Assembly: GCF_034376685.1 (NCBI RefSeq) | Contig: NZ_JAXMJJ010000012.1 | Coordinates: forward strand, 9,949 to 73,948 | DNA length: 64,000 bases | Source: Cypionkella sp. | GTDB lineage: Bacteria; Pseudomonadota; Alphaproteobacteria; Rhodobacterales; Rhodobacteraceae | Direction: 5' to 3' | In this document: in pieces, positions 55,166 through 64,000 of the stretch | Numbering within the stretch: position 1 is the stretch's first letter | How the letters are laid out: the number at the start of each line of letters is the position of its first letter | Made by a program: the position numbers and the translations under genes | Notes under the pieces: model-generated | Told to the model about the DNA's origin: nothing | Databases searched by the model: none | What the model saw: the letters and a program-made list of their open reading frames with translations, nothing else

Positions 55166-57508
55166 CTACTCAGCGTAGAGACCCGCCTGAATCAAATTGT
55201 AGGCGTCCCTAATCGTCTGCAATTCTCCAAGCTTGGCCCTGCCCTCGCTAACGCTGCCATATCTGGCTGTGAGAAATTGCCCTAGCTTCTTTCCGGCAAG
55301 TTCTGCCTCGCCTGCCGTCTCGTAGGCCTTAAGGATGCCCAGAAGGAGTTCCCTCATTTCCCCCACGAAATTACCCATGCCATCCTGCCTGACTGTCTCG
55401 GCGCGGTCGTGCCGGGTCTTGGGCGGGTTAGCGAAGAGAATGTAGTTTAGAACGTCGTAAAGGTCGCTCTTGGGGGCATCCACAAGCCTACGTATGTCGT
55501 CCAGCCTGTCGGGGTCGTAGCCATTATCGTCGAGCTGGGTGAGGAAGTGTTCGCGGTTGTCGGGGTTGCTCCAGATGGTGCGCAACTGGTCTTCGTCTGC
55601 GACCATGCCTGAAAGGTCACCGAACAGGCGCTGCAGGAAATCTGCGGCGGATATTGGTTTGCCGTCCGGTCCCCAATAGGTGGTCGTAGCGATGTACTGG
55701 ATGGAACGAGCTTTACCGTCAGCCAGCTTGATCATGATCTTGGTCGAGGGTTCGTCTTCGCCGCCCTCACCGTCTTCACCACCGGGCAGCGGTGGTTCTG
55801 GTTCTGGACCGGGCTTGGGTGGCTCACCTGTTGGCGGGCGGGGCCTTGGTGGTGTCACCTCTTCGGGCGGGCCGTCCCATTCGGGGTCGTTGAAGTTCTC
55901 ATGCGCCTTCACGAAATCCCATATGGTAAAGAAATCCTTGCCGTCATAGGTTCGGGTCCCCCGCCCGATGATCTGCTTGAACTCGATCATCGACCGCACG
56001 GGGCGCATCAGAACGATGTGACGCACGTTGCGGGCATCGACCCCGGTGGACAGCTTTTGCGATGTGGTCAGGATAGTCGGAACGGTCTTGTCGTTGTCCT
56101 GAAAGTCCCTCAGGTGTTGGTCTCCGATGGCCCCATCATTCGCCGTCACCCGATGGCAGTAGTTCGGGTCGGTGCTGACCTTGATCTGATTGATAATGTC
56201 GCGCACGCGTGCGGCGTGGTCTTGGGTGGCGCAGAAGATGATTGCTTTCTGCCGTTGGTCCACCTCTTCCATGAACTCCTGCACACGACTGCGTTCGCGT
56301 TCTTCGATGATCAGGCGAGTGTTAAAGTCAGACTCGGTGTATTTGCGATCTTCTTCAATCTCTCCGGCCAGAACAGTGTCGGTCGGGTCATAGACATATT
56401 CATCAATCGTGCTGGCCATCTGGCGCACCTTGAAAGGGGTCAGGAAGCCATCTTCGATCCCCTCTTTCAGAGCATAGGTGTACACCGGGTCGCCGAAATA
56501 GGCATAGGTGTCGGCGTTCACCGCGCGCTTGGGCGTAGCGGTCAGACCAAGTTGAACGGCAGGGGCGAACCAATTCAGCAATTCGCGCCATTGGCTTTCG
56601 TCATTCGCCCCGCCCCGGTGGCATTCGTCGATGATTATGAAATCGAAGAAGTCCGAGGGATAGGATTTGTAGATCGGCTCACCTTCCCCCGTCATGAAGG
56701 TCTGAAAGATCGTGAAAAACAGGCTGGCATTCTTCGGCACGCCGCCCTTCTTGCGCAACTCGCTAGGGTCGATGCGCGTGATGGCGTCCGAGGGGAAGGC
56801 GGAGAAAGCGTTGTAGGCTTGGTCAGCAAGAATATTGCGGTCAGCGAGGAACAGGATGCGGGGGCGACGGGTGGGTGTGCGGGTCAGGTTCCACTTCGCC
56901 TGAAACAACTTCCACGCGATCTGAAACGCAATAGAGGTTTTGCCCGTCCCGGTGGCCAACGTCAGCAGGATGCGGCTGCGTTCCATCGCCACGGCCTCCA
57001 GCGCCGCCGTGATGGCGTTGTGCTGGTAGTAGCGCAACTCCCACTTGCCGCCATCAGTTTCGAAGGGCACAACGCCGAACCGCAAGCGCCATTCATTGGG
57101 CAGCCCGAAGGTGCGCTGCCAAAGGTCTTCGGGGGTTGGGAAGGGAAGCGTGAACTGGCCCTCGGCCCCGGTGGCCATGTCGATCTGATACCAGCCAAGA
57201 CCGTTGGAGGCATAGGCGAACCGTGCCCCCAGACGGGCCGCATAGTCCTTGGCTTGGCCCACCCCTTCCGCGTGAGAAATCCCCGCCCGCTTCGCCTCTA
57301 GCACGGCAAGTTTATGGCCGCGAAACTCCAGCACGATGTCGCAGGACAGACCCTTGCCGCGCCTGCCGCCTGACTGGATGCGACCGGGGCAGATTTGTTC
57401 GCGCTTGATCGCGGCCCCACCCGTGCCCCAGCCAGCCGCCATCAGCACCGGATCGATGCGGTTGGCGCGGGTGTCGGCTTCGGTTTCGGTTTCGGAGTTA
57501 CTCACCAT
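55166..57508 (-). CDS. hsdR: Type I restriction enzyme R subunit (EcoAI/EcoEI-like)
   Basis: CDIVL..LEAKR nuclease, LATGTGKT, IIIDECHRG, LSTGVDA, QIIGRGTR. Confidence 0.95.
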   Translation of the reverse strand: MVSNSETETEADTRANRIDPVLMAAGWGTGGAAIKREQICPGRIQSGGRRGKGLSCDIVLEFRGHKLAVLEAKRAGISHAEGVGQAKDYAARLGARFAYASNGLGWYQIDMATGAEGQFTLPFPTPEDLWQRTFGLPNEWRLRFGVVPFETDGGKWELRYYQHNAITAALEAVAMERSRILLTLATGTGKTSIAFQIAWKLFQAKWNLTRTPTRRPRILFLADRNILADQAYNAFSAFPSDAITRIDPSELRKKGGVPKNASLFFTIFQTFMTGEGEPIYKSYPSDFFDFIIIDECHRGGANDESQWRELLNWFAPAVQLGLTATPKRAVNADTYAYFGDPVYTYALKEGIEDGFLTPFKVRQMASTIDEYVYDPTDTVLAGEIEEDRKYTESDFNTRLIIEERERSRVQEFMEEVDQRQKAIIFCATQDHAARVRDIINQIKVSTDPNYCHRVTANDGAIGDQHLRDFQDNDKTVPTILTTSQKLSTGVDARNVRHIVLMRPVRSMIEFKQIIGRGTRTYDGKDFFTIWDFVKAHENFNDPEWDGPPEEVTPPRPRPPTGEPPKPGPEPEPPLPGGEDGEGGEDEPSTKIMIKLADGKARSIQYIATTTYWGPDGKPISAADFLQRLFGDLSGMVADEDQLRTIWSNPDNREHFLTQLDDNGYDPDRLDDIRRLVDAPKSDLYDVLNYILFANPPKTRHDRAETVRQDGMGNFVGEMRELLLGILKAYETAGEAELAGKKLGQFLTARYGSVSEGRAKLGELQTIRDAYNLIQAGLYAE

Positions 57509-57528
57509 GACTGCCCCACCCGCTTATT

Positions 57529-58233
57529 TCACTTGTCCGAATAGCCCGCAGTGGTCCAGAACTCTCTGGCTTGGCTTACCTCTGGGCCATTCTTCCAACC
57601 GCTTCGCAGAAACTCCAGCGAATACCATTTACGGTCACACTCTTCATAAAACACCTGATTGAAGATGCTGCCTGTATGTGCGGCACGTTGGATTTCGTAC
57701 ACCTCGGAAAGAAGGGTCAGGAGGTGATTTAAGCTGAAAGGAACCTCAGCCAAAACGCCTTCGGGCAGCACGAATGGGCCTGTGGTGATCTTCACCTTGC
57801 GGCTGCTGTCTTCCGCGACGCTCAATCCACCTTCACTGTCCTTATGGCGTTTCTTGGGCTTAGGAGGAGGGGGGTCCGCAAGGGTGACCTCAAAGAATTG
57901 ACTGTCAATCCGCGTCCGCGAGGTCAAATCCCAAACGACCTTGCCGCGCATTTCAGGGGATGGAACAAGGTGCCCCGAAAGTTTCTCCGTGAGGTCGTCC
58001 GGTGCGCTGATACTTAGGGCAATGCGAAGGCGCGCCCCCACGGGCAGGAACTGTGCGTTAACGGGTACTGGCCGGGGTTTTCCCCATCCTAGTGTTTTGT
58101 GGCCACTCTGCGAGATTTCGAAGGTTGCCATCGTGCCGGGTTTTACGGTCAATGGCGTGCCGTCATCCGTCACCCAACGGCCATCATGGAACCACGCTGG
58201 AATTCGGGCGAACAGGTCAACTTCTTCAGCCAT
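57529..58233 (-). CDS. Hypothetical protein inside the type I RM locus
   Basis: ~234 aa co-oriented ORF filling the gap between the HEPN gene and hsdR; C-terminal SLNHLLTLLSEVYE.QRAAHTGSIF..VFY..WYSLEFLR block. No family recognised. Confidence 0.65.
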   Translation of the reverse strand: MAEEVDLFARIPAWFHDGRWVTDDGTPLTVKPGTMATFEISQSGHKTLGWGKPRPVPVNAQFLPVGARLRIALSISAPDDLTEKLSGHLVPSPEMRGKVVWDLTSRTRIDSQFFEVTLADPPPPKPKKRHKDSEGGLSVAEDSSRKVKITTGPFVLPEGVLAEVPFSLNHLLTLLSEVYEIQRAAHTGSIFNQVFYEECDRKWYSLEFLRSGWKNGPEVSQAREFWTTAGYSDK

Positions 58234-58304
58234 GGGTATACTCCACCGGGTTGATACGGTTGGCGCGGGGGTCCACTTCGGTTTCATCTTTACGAATCAA
58301 GGAT

Positions 58305-58952
58305 TTAATCCAATGCCTGATTGGGGAAATTCAACTTACGCCCCGCCTCAAGATTGCGAACCATGTTATCCACACCGATCTCGATAAATTCAGCCAAGTG
58401 GAATGAAAATCTTCCTCCTGAGAGCCCTCGTTCATGTGCTCCAACTATAGAAATCAGTGTATTTGTCACTCTTTCTACATCCTGCGCGGATAGAGGATAA
58501 TCTGAGTAAATTTGGTCCCCGTTATCAAGGTATCGTTTGTCTCTGTGAGCGAAGAACTTGTCGCGACGCCCCCTAATTGCCTTAATCACATGCTCGTGTT
58601 CAACCAGCGCGTCGGCCTGTTTCCGAAGTACGCTTTCATCTAGCGGCTTGCCCTCCGCCCAACTGATTTGCCGCCGGTTGGTAAGACAAAAGCGGATGAA
58701 CTTTCCAATACTGTAGCCGTCCTCTTCGAAGAATTTCGCCAAAGTTAAGTGCAAATCTTGTTCAAGTGACTTGATGAGAAGAATGAGCAGCGGCTCAATC
58801 TTCCAAAGCCTATCGCCTAGTTCGCTGTGCTTCCCTAAGAAACTTTGATACATTTGCAGCTTGCAAACCAAACCATCCTGATCGGTTCCGTGGAGAAGCT
58901 GCGCATATTTCGAAAGTCTGCGTTCGTAATTCTCTTGTGTGGTTTCATTCAT
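58305..58952 (-). CDS. HEPN (AbiU2-like) domain protein
   Basis: All-helical 215 aa with RRDKFFAHRD (Rx4-6H) in the C-terminal third; start overlaps the hsdS stop (ATGA/TGA); AT-richer. Confidence 0.7.
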   Translation of the reverse strand: MNETTQENYERRLSKYAQLLHGTDQDGLVCKLQMYQSFLGKHSELGDRLWKIEPLLILLIKSLEQDLHLTLAKFFEEDGYSIGKFIRFCLTNRRQISWAEGKPLDESVLRKQADALVEHEHVIKAIRGRRDKFFAHRDKRYLDNGDQIYSDYPLSAQDVERVTNTLISIVGAHERGLSGGRFSFHLAEFIEIGVDNMVRNLEAGRKLNFPNQALD

Positions 58953-60064
58953 GTCAGTTCCCCCGCGAAAGCTTTTTCGAGGAAGGATTGGCGGAGGGCG
59001 TCGATTTTTTCAAGCTTAGCTCTCGCCAACTTCTCAAGGTCCGCAGTCGCTAACTGGGCGGCATCAATTCGCGATGCACTTTCCTGCTGCGCCGCCATCG
59101 GTGGAAGCGCAAAGGCATACCTAAACATGTGGTCGCGATTTACCTTCGGCATCCCCGCACGGTCCGACCCGCTGATTGCGTACTCAGTAAAGTCATGCCC
59201 GAGCAACAAGTGAAAAAGATAGTCCCGGTCGAGACGACCTGCCTTGGGTGTCAGTGGATACACGTCCGCGCTGCATAAGCCACTGAAGTCTGGGCGGGCA
59301 GCTTTCCTCAGATAGGGACGAATCTTGCTGTATAGGACGGTGTTTTCGTCAAAGGTGTATTTGCCAGAGATAAGTTTTTCCTCTCGCGCAGTCTTGACGT
59401 CCACGAGTAAATCGGACCCCGTCACCATATTGCCAGCCCCAAGGTGCAACATGTCGGCGAAGGTTTCTTCTCTCGGATCAACCAAACTCGAAGCAATCAC
59501 CGTAACGTCGTCAAGGGTTACAGTGGCGCTGTCGCCCCCATCATAGCGCAGGGCGTCCGCTTTGATGCTCTCAAACAACTCCCGAGTATTGCGGAGGTTG
59601 GATTGGGCGTGGGCGCGGGCACGGGCCAGACCCTCAAAGGCCTCGTCCAGAACCGCAACGATCAGTTGTTGTTCTTCGAGGGGTGGGAGGGGGATTGTCA
59701 GCCCGTAAACGTCATTTCTGTTAATGCCCGGCTTAACACCTCTCGCCATGCTGGGAAGGTTTAAGGTCCTCATGGCATAGTGAAGGAAGTCGAAGTCAAG
59801 TTTCGTCTGATCATGTGTCGTGAAGTAGGTCACGTCGGAGGGCCAAAATGGGCCGTCCACGCGCGTAATCTCACCAGCAGAACCTTTTCGCCCAACGACC
59901 AGCGAAGGTCCAGTCGTCAAATGCCGATCTGACCAGTCCATGACGCCGTTCGCGCCGTACACAGGCACTGCTCCATCAGCGTTTCGCTCATTTTGCGCCA
60001 ATGACTTGCCGTAGTTCAATGTCACTACTTCACTGACACCAACCTCTTTCCACCCCGCCTTCAC
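58949..60064 (-). CDS. hsdS: Type I RM specificity subunit
   Basis: Two TRDs separated by IPLPPLEEQQLIVAVLD; second FALPPMAAQQ; C-terminal SFLEKAFAGEL. Confidence 0.95.
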   Translation of the reverse strand: MKAGWKEVGVSEVVTLNYGKSLAQNERNADGAVPVYGANGVMDWSDRHLTTGPSLVVGRKGSAGEITRVDGPFWPSDVTYFTTHDQTKLDFDFLHYAMRTLNLPSMARGVKPGINRNDVYGLTIPLPPLEEQQLIVAVLDEAFEGLARARAHAQSNLRNTRELFESIKADALRYDGGDSATVTLDDVTVIASSLVDPREETFADMLHLGAGNMVTGSDLLVDVKTAREEKLISGKYTFDENTVLYSKIRPYLRKAARPDFSGLCSADVYPLTPKAGRLDRDYLFHLLLGHDFTEYAISGSDRAGMPKVNRDHMFRYAFALPPMAAQQESASRIDAAQLATADLEKLARAKLEKIDALRQSFLEKAFAGELT

Positions 60065-61509
60065 AGCATTCCCCTGATGCTTTCCAGAATCTCCGCCGTC
60101 TCGGCATCGCGGGCCAGCATGTCGGCGATGATCACCTCGGGTGACCGCAAGGCAGCCGCTTCGGGGGCGTTCGGGTTCTTAACCGACAAATCCAAGGTGT
60201 CCGCGTCAAGGCTTCCCCTCGCGATGCGCCAGCTTTTCGGTCCCTCGGTAAAGCCCTTCTGCAGAGTCACGAACTCGGCCAGATCATCGTCGTTCAGCGG
60301 GTTGGTCTTGCCCATGTTGCGACCGGGGTCGAGTTGGTAAAACCAGATGTCCCGCGTCGGTGCGCCCTTTTCAAAGAACAGCACTACGGTTTTCACTCCG
60401 GCCCCCTGAAAGGTGCCCTGAGGGCAATCGAGGATGGTGTGCAGGGTGCAGGCCGTCAGCAACTCGCGCCGCAGCGCCACGCTGGCGTTGTCGGTGTTGG
60501 ATAGGAAGGTGTTCTTGATCACCACCGCCGCGCGGCCTCCCGCCCGCAGCTTGCGGATGAAGTGCTGCAGGAAGAGGTAAGCCGTCTCTCCGGTACGGAT
60601 GGGGAAGTTCTGCTGCACCTCGCGCCGTTCGCCGCCACCGAAGGGCGGGTTGGCGAGGATGATGTCGTGACGGTCTTTCTCCTGAATATCCATCACGTTT
60701 TCATTCAGTGAGTTGGTGTGCAGAATGTTTGGGGCCTCAATGCCGTGCAGCACCATGTTCATGATGCCGATGATGTAGGCGAGGGATTTCTTTTCCTGCC
60801 CGAAGAAGGTCTTGGTCTGCAGGGTTTGGAATTCCGAGGCGGTCAGATCATCGCGGCGCATGTAGTCGTAAGCCTCGCACAGGAAGCCTGCGGAGCCTAC
60901 CGCGCCGTCATAGATGGTTTCGCCAATCTTGGGGGCGGTAACTTTGATCATGGCGCGGATAAGCGGGCGTGGGGTGTAGTATTCGCCACCGTTGCGGCCT
61001 GCGTTGCCCATGCGGCGGATGCGGGTTTCGTAAAGCTGCGAAAGTTCGTGGCGCTCGGCTTGCGTGTTGAAGGACAGGCTGTCCACCACCTCCAGCACGT
61101 CGCGGAGAATGTAGCCGGAACGGAACTTGTTGCGCAGTTCGGTGAAAATCTCGCCGATCTTGTAGTGGATGGTCTTGGCGCTTGTAGCTGACTGACGGAA
61201 GGTGGCGAGGTAGGGGAACAGCTTCTGGTCCACGAACGTTATCAGGTCTTCGCCGATCATCGCCGCATTATGGTCAAACGCGCCGTTGACCTTAGGGGCA
61301 GCCCAACGGTCCCAGCGAAAGGGCCCGTCGATGATGGGCGTATAAGTTTCGCCATCCAGTTCTGCCCGGTCGCGGCGTTCCGTCTCTAGGTCATGCAGGT
61401 ACTTGAGGAACTGAACCCACGAAATCTGTTCGACGTAATCCAGTTCGTTCGCGATGCCGTCTTCGTTGCGGAGTTCGCGTTCGATGCTGTTGAAGGCGTT
61501 TTCGTACAT
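60061..61509 (-). CDS. hsdM: Type I RM m6A methyltransferase
   Basis: GEYYTPR, YDGAVGSAGFL, ILANPPF. Start MYENAF at 61509. Confidence 0.96.
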   Translation of the reverse strand: MYENAFNSIERELRNEDGIANELDYVEQISWVQFLKYLHDLETERRDRAELDGETYTPIIDGPFRWDRWAAPKVNGAFDHNAAMIGEDLITFVDQKLFPYLATFRQSATSAKTIHYKIGEIFTELRNKFRSGYILRDVLEVVDSLSFNTQAERHELSQLYETRIRRMGNAGRNGGEYYTPRPLIRAMIKVTAPKIGETIYDGAVGSAGFLCEAYDYMRRDDLTASEFQTLQTKTFFGQEKKSLAYIIGIMNMVLHGIEAPNILHTNSLNENVMDIQEKDRHDIILANPPFGGGERREVQQNFPIRTGETAYLFLQHFIRKLRAGGRAAVVIKNTFLSNTDNASVALRRELLTACTLHTILDCPQGTFQGAGVKTVVLFFEKGAPTRDIWFYQLDPGRNMGKTNPLNDDDLAEFVTLQKGFTEGPKSWRIARGSLDADTLDLSVKNPNAPEAAALRSPEVIIADMLARDAETAEILESIRGML

Positions 61510-61734
61510 AAAATCCAACCTGTTGCTCGGCTTGCAGTTATCCACCTTGTGCCCAGCAGAGCAAGCAGGATGGTGCGGCTGAAAGGGATTGCACTGTCAG
61601 AAATCAACAGCCTGAGGCATGGCTAAGAGGGCAATGAAGTCACGCTATCGTTCTGCCAGCTTGGGATAGGAGTAAGTGCGGCGCTATTGGGCGGGGACGC
61701 GCGGGCCTCGAACTTCCGTAGAGAGGCTGGGGGG

Positions 61735-61758
61735 TTGGTAGGAATAGTTGGTAGGAAT
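61735..61758 (+). promoter_or_regulatory. Integrase arm-type sites, right (TTGGTAGGAAT x2)
   Basis: Identical to the left pair, same orientation and 13-bp period. Confidence 0.8.
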
Positions 61759-61831
61759 GAATTGCCAACCACTCCCCAGAACCTCCGTAAGCACCTGAAT
61801 ATTCAGGAAAATTACGGCAACTGTAAAAGAG

Positions 61832-61908
61832 TGGTGGCGAGAGAGAGACTTGAACTCTCGACCCCACGATTATGAGTCGTGTGCTCTAACCAACTGAGCT
61901 ACCTCGCC
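61832..61908 (-). tRNA. tRNA-Met (CAT), elongator type
   Basis: GGCGAGGTAGCTCAGTTGGTTAGAGCACACGACT-CAT-AATCGTGGGGTCGAGAGTTCAAGTCTCTCTCTCGCCACCA: paired G1-C72, 77 nt, encoded CCA, layout like the E. coli elongator tRNA-Met. Confidence 0.95.
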
Positions 61909-62070
61909 ACTGGCGCGGTGAGTAGTTTGGGGGGCGGGGGGCGTCAAGGGGTATTCTGCACCATTGCGCTTGATTTCAACAGTGCAGCGGCGGATTGGGT
62001 CGCAAGACTTGGCGCGGGCCAAAACCGTCTTACCGAAAAGACGTCCCCGCCACGCCCCGCGAAATTCCGC

Positions 62071-64000
62071 TTAGATCGCAGCCTCTTCCGGCACCGCATG
62101 CGCCACCCGAGGCCGCCCCGAAGCGGTGACAGAAATCGTCGCCTCGACAAACATCGGCTGGCCTTCGACCGAAGCAGAGCGCAGATCGCGCGCGGTGGTG
62201 ATGCGCAAATCTTCCGCCCCCGCATGTTTGGCACGGCGCACCGCTTCCAGCGTCAGCGCCGCTTCGGTTGCCTGCATCGCGGTTTCCGGGTCGGCGAAGG
62301 TCTGCAAGCCTTCCGGCAAATGCGCGGTAAAGCGGCCCACGCCGGGGCTGGTCACAATCGCGGTGGCGCGCTGGCTGACCTGGCCGACCACAGCCCCGAT
62401 GGCATTGGCGACGCCTGCATGTTCCGGCAGGATCATCTCGCAGCCCAACCGCTTGCCCACCGCGCCGTAGTAATAGGGGGCTGAGGCACCAAGCCCGATC
62501 ACCGGGACGCCCAGCCGCGCGGTGAACTCGATCACCCCACGATGCCGCCCCAAAGCCGCGCGCGTCAAAGCGTGCCGCGCCAGCACTTCCGGGCTTTCGC
62601 CTGCAAAACCGGGGTCTTCATCAAACGCCGCTTCCAACAGGCATTCGACCGTCTGCGTGGTCAACTGATCCACAATGCCCTGCGCCAAGGCCGCTGCATC
62701 GGTCGAGAACCGCTCGCCCGAGCCATTGCGCCGCCGCCCCAGCAACTCCACCGCCTTCGCCGCCGCAAGGCCGTCCCAAGCCTCCAGCCCGCCCAGAACA
62801 TGGGATGCATCCGAGGGCGTCACCCCGGCCATCATCACGAGGCCCCGTGCCACCAACCGCTCCAGTGCTGCAATCTCCAGCCGGGTCGTCAGCACCTGCG
62901 CCATTGGCATCGGCTGCGTGATCCGCTCCAGCACCGTCAATTCGCGCGGGGAAAGCCCCCCGGTCTGCCCCGCCATCGGCACCACAAACCGCCCGTCCAT
63001 CTCGCCCGCCTTGTCCGACGACAATGCCTTGTCCAGCGCACCATGCACCATCGCGCCATGCTCGGAGGCCAGCAGCGACACCGGGATCAGCCGGCGTGGG
63101 CCAAGCCGCATCCCGCCCGTCAGGCCCTCGGTGATCAAATGCACTTCCGAGTCGCCGCCCAAACCGCTAGTCCGCATCGCCACAGCTTCAACCATGGTGC
63201 GGAAGCCCCCGACCCGCGCGCCTTGCGGATCAATCTCGGGCAAGCCATCGCGCAGCAGCGCCACATCGGTGGTGGTGCCGCCAATATCCGACACCAGCGC
63301 ATCCTTCGCCCCAGTCAGCCAGCGCGCGCCGACAATCGACGCCGCAGGCCCCGACAGGATCGTCTCAATCGGACGCTCGCGCACCATTGCGGCTGAGATC
63401 AGCGCACCATCGCCGCGCACCACCATCAACGGGGCGGTGATGCCAATTTCCGCCAGATGCCGCTCGCACGCCGCTACAAGCCGATCAATCATCCCGATCA
63501 GCCGGGCATTCAGCACCGCCGTCAACGCCCGCTTCGGCCCGTTCAGCTGCGCTGACAGCTCATGCGAGCAGGTCACGGGCCGCCCCGTCACCGCGCGGAT
63601 CAGATCGCGGATGGCAATTTCATGCGCCGGATTGCGGGTAGCAAAACGCGCGGCGACAGCAAATCCCATTACCTGCGGACCAAGATCGCGCAACTGCGCC
63701 TCAAGCGCCGCCAAATCCAACGCAGCCACCTGCACGCCGGCATGGCTGTGCCCGCCCGCGATCTTCACCACCGGATCGCCCTTCAACGCCTCGATCAGCC
63801 CGCCGCGTTCCAGATCGCCCTCGTCAAAGCCGACGAAGATCAGCGCCACCCGGCCACCTTGGCCTTCCACCAAAGCATTGGTTGCCAAGGTCGTCGAAAG
63901 CGACACCAAGGCCACATCCTGCGCCGCTACCCCCGATTGCGCCAAAGCCGCATCCACTGCGCGGCCAATCCCCAAGGCCAAATCCGCCCGCGTGGTCAGC
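62071..64000 (-). CDS. Hydantoinase A/oxoprolinase family protein, 5'-truncated by window edge
   Basis: STTLATNALVEG, TAVLNARL, ETILSGPAAS, SDIGGTTTD, GLGGDS; the frame stays open to base 64000. Confidence 0.9.
   Translation of the reverse strand, partial: LTTRADLALGIGRAVDAALAQSGVAAQDVALVSLSTTLATNALVEGQGGRVALIFVGFDEGDLERGGLIEALKGDPVVKIAGGHSHAGVQVAALDLAALEAQLRDLGPQVMGFAVAARFATRNPAHEIAIRDLIRAVTGRPVTCSHELSAQLNGPKRALTAVLNARLIGMIDRLVAACERHLAEIGITAPLMVVRGDGALISAAMVRERPIETILSGPAASIVGARWLTGAKDALVSDIGGTTTDVALLRDGLPEIDPQGARVGGFRTMVEAVAMRTSGLGGDSEVHLITEGLTGGMRLGPRRLIPVSLLASEHGAMVHGALDKALSSDKAGEMDGRFVVPMAGQTGGLSPRELTVLERITQPMPMAQVLTTRLEIAALERLVARGLVMMAGVTPSDASHVLGGLEAWDGLAAAKAVELLGRRRNGSGERFSTDAAALAQGIVDQLTTQTVECLLEAAFDEDPGFAGESPEVLARHALTRAALGRHRGVIEFTARLGVPVIGLGASAPYYYGAVGKRLGCEMILPEHAGVANAIGAVVGQVSQRATAIVTSPGVGRFTAHLPEGLQTFADPETAMQATEAALTLEAVRRAKHAGAEDLRITTARDLRSASVEGQPMFVEATISVTASGRPRVAHAVPEEAAI

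Larger units (their letters stand above)
48596..61854. mobile_element. ~13.2 kb integrative element / defence island in the 3' end of tRNA-Met
   Basis: 19-bp exact direct repeat TGGTGGCGAGAGAGAGACT at 48596 and 61832 (the latter is the tRNA 3' end); integrase just inside the left end; paired arm sites at both ends; visibly AT-richer cargo. Confidence 0.95.

Noticed and set aside
54171-60064. hsdS shufflon driven by the serine recombinase
   Set aside because: Only one hsdS with two TRDs, no silent TRD cassettes or flanking inverted repeats seen, and the recombinase has a nonsense codon.
48596-61854. Prophage or self-transmissible ICE
   Set aside because: No structural, terminase, relaxase or T4SS genes were recognised within the att boundaries.
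61832-61908. tRNA-fMet or tRNA-Ile2 identity
   Set aside because: G1-C72 is paired and the anticodon stem lacks the three G-C pairs of initiators; the overall sequence follows the elongator Met pattern. Ile2 is less likely but was not tested computationally.

Overview
GC-rich alphaproteobacterial chromosome segment. Gene content and intergenic repeat families point to Rhodobacteraceae/Paracoccaceae; this is inference. Bases 1-48.5 kb are mostly metabolic: amine/polyamine catabolism (TPP enzyme tail, class III aminotransferase, glutamine synthetase-like ligase), CbiX, a kinase plus PLP phospho-lyase pair, the urate-to-glyoxylate cluster (allA, allE, puuE-uraD fusion, uraH), a MacAB-like exporter, and a BMP-family purine ABC importer. 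That importer is co-oriented with a purine-type deaminase and a split Rieske N-demethylase resembling NdmC/NdmE plus a stand-alone Rieske protein. Next come a putatively Pho-regulated ABC importer divergent from a C-P lyase cluster (phnCDEE, phnF, phnG-N, two phnM, DUF1045, with a corA inside the operon) and a hexosamine/tagatose-6-P cluster. Bases 48596-61854 are a ~13.2 kb element integrated in the 3' end of an elongator tRNA-Met. It has 19-bp att direct repeats and paired TTGGTAGGAAT arm-type sites at both ends. It carries a tyrosine integrase, RNase HI, a ParB-like protein, an (AGCGTTG)x13 VNTR, a GHKL-ATPase/PD-(D/E)xK nuclease fusion, a resolvase broken by a nonsense codon, and a type I RM system with a HEPN-motif gene and an unknown gene between hsdS and hsdR. 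Several REP-like intergenic repeat families occur, one with covarying hairpins and an IHF-type site. All calls come from motif reading and recall of family features; no database searches were run.
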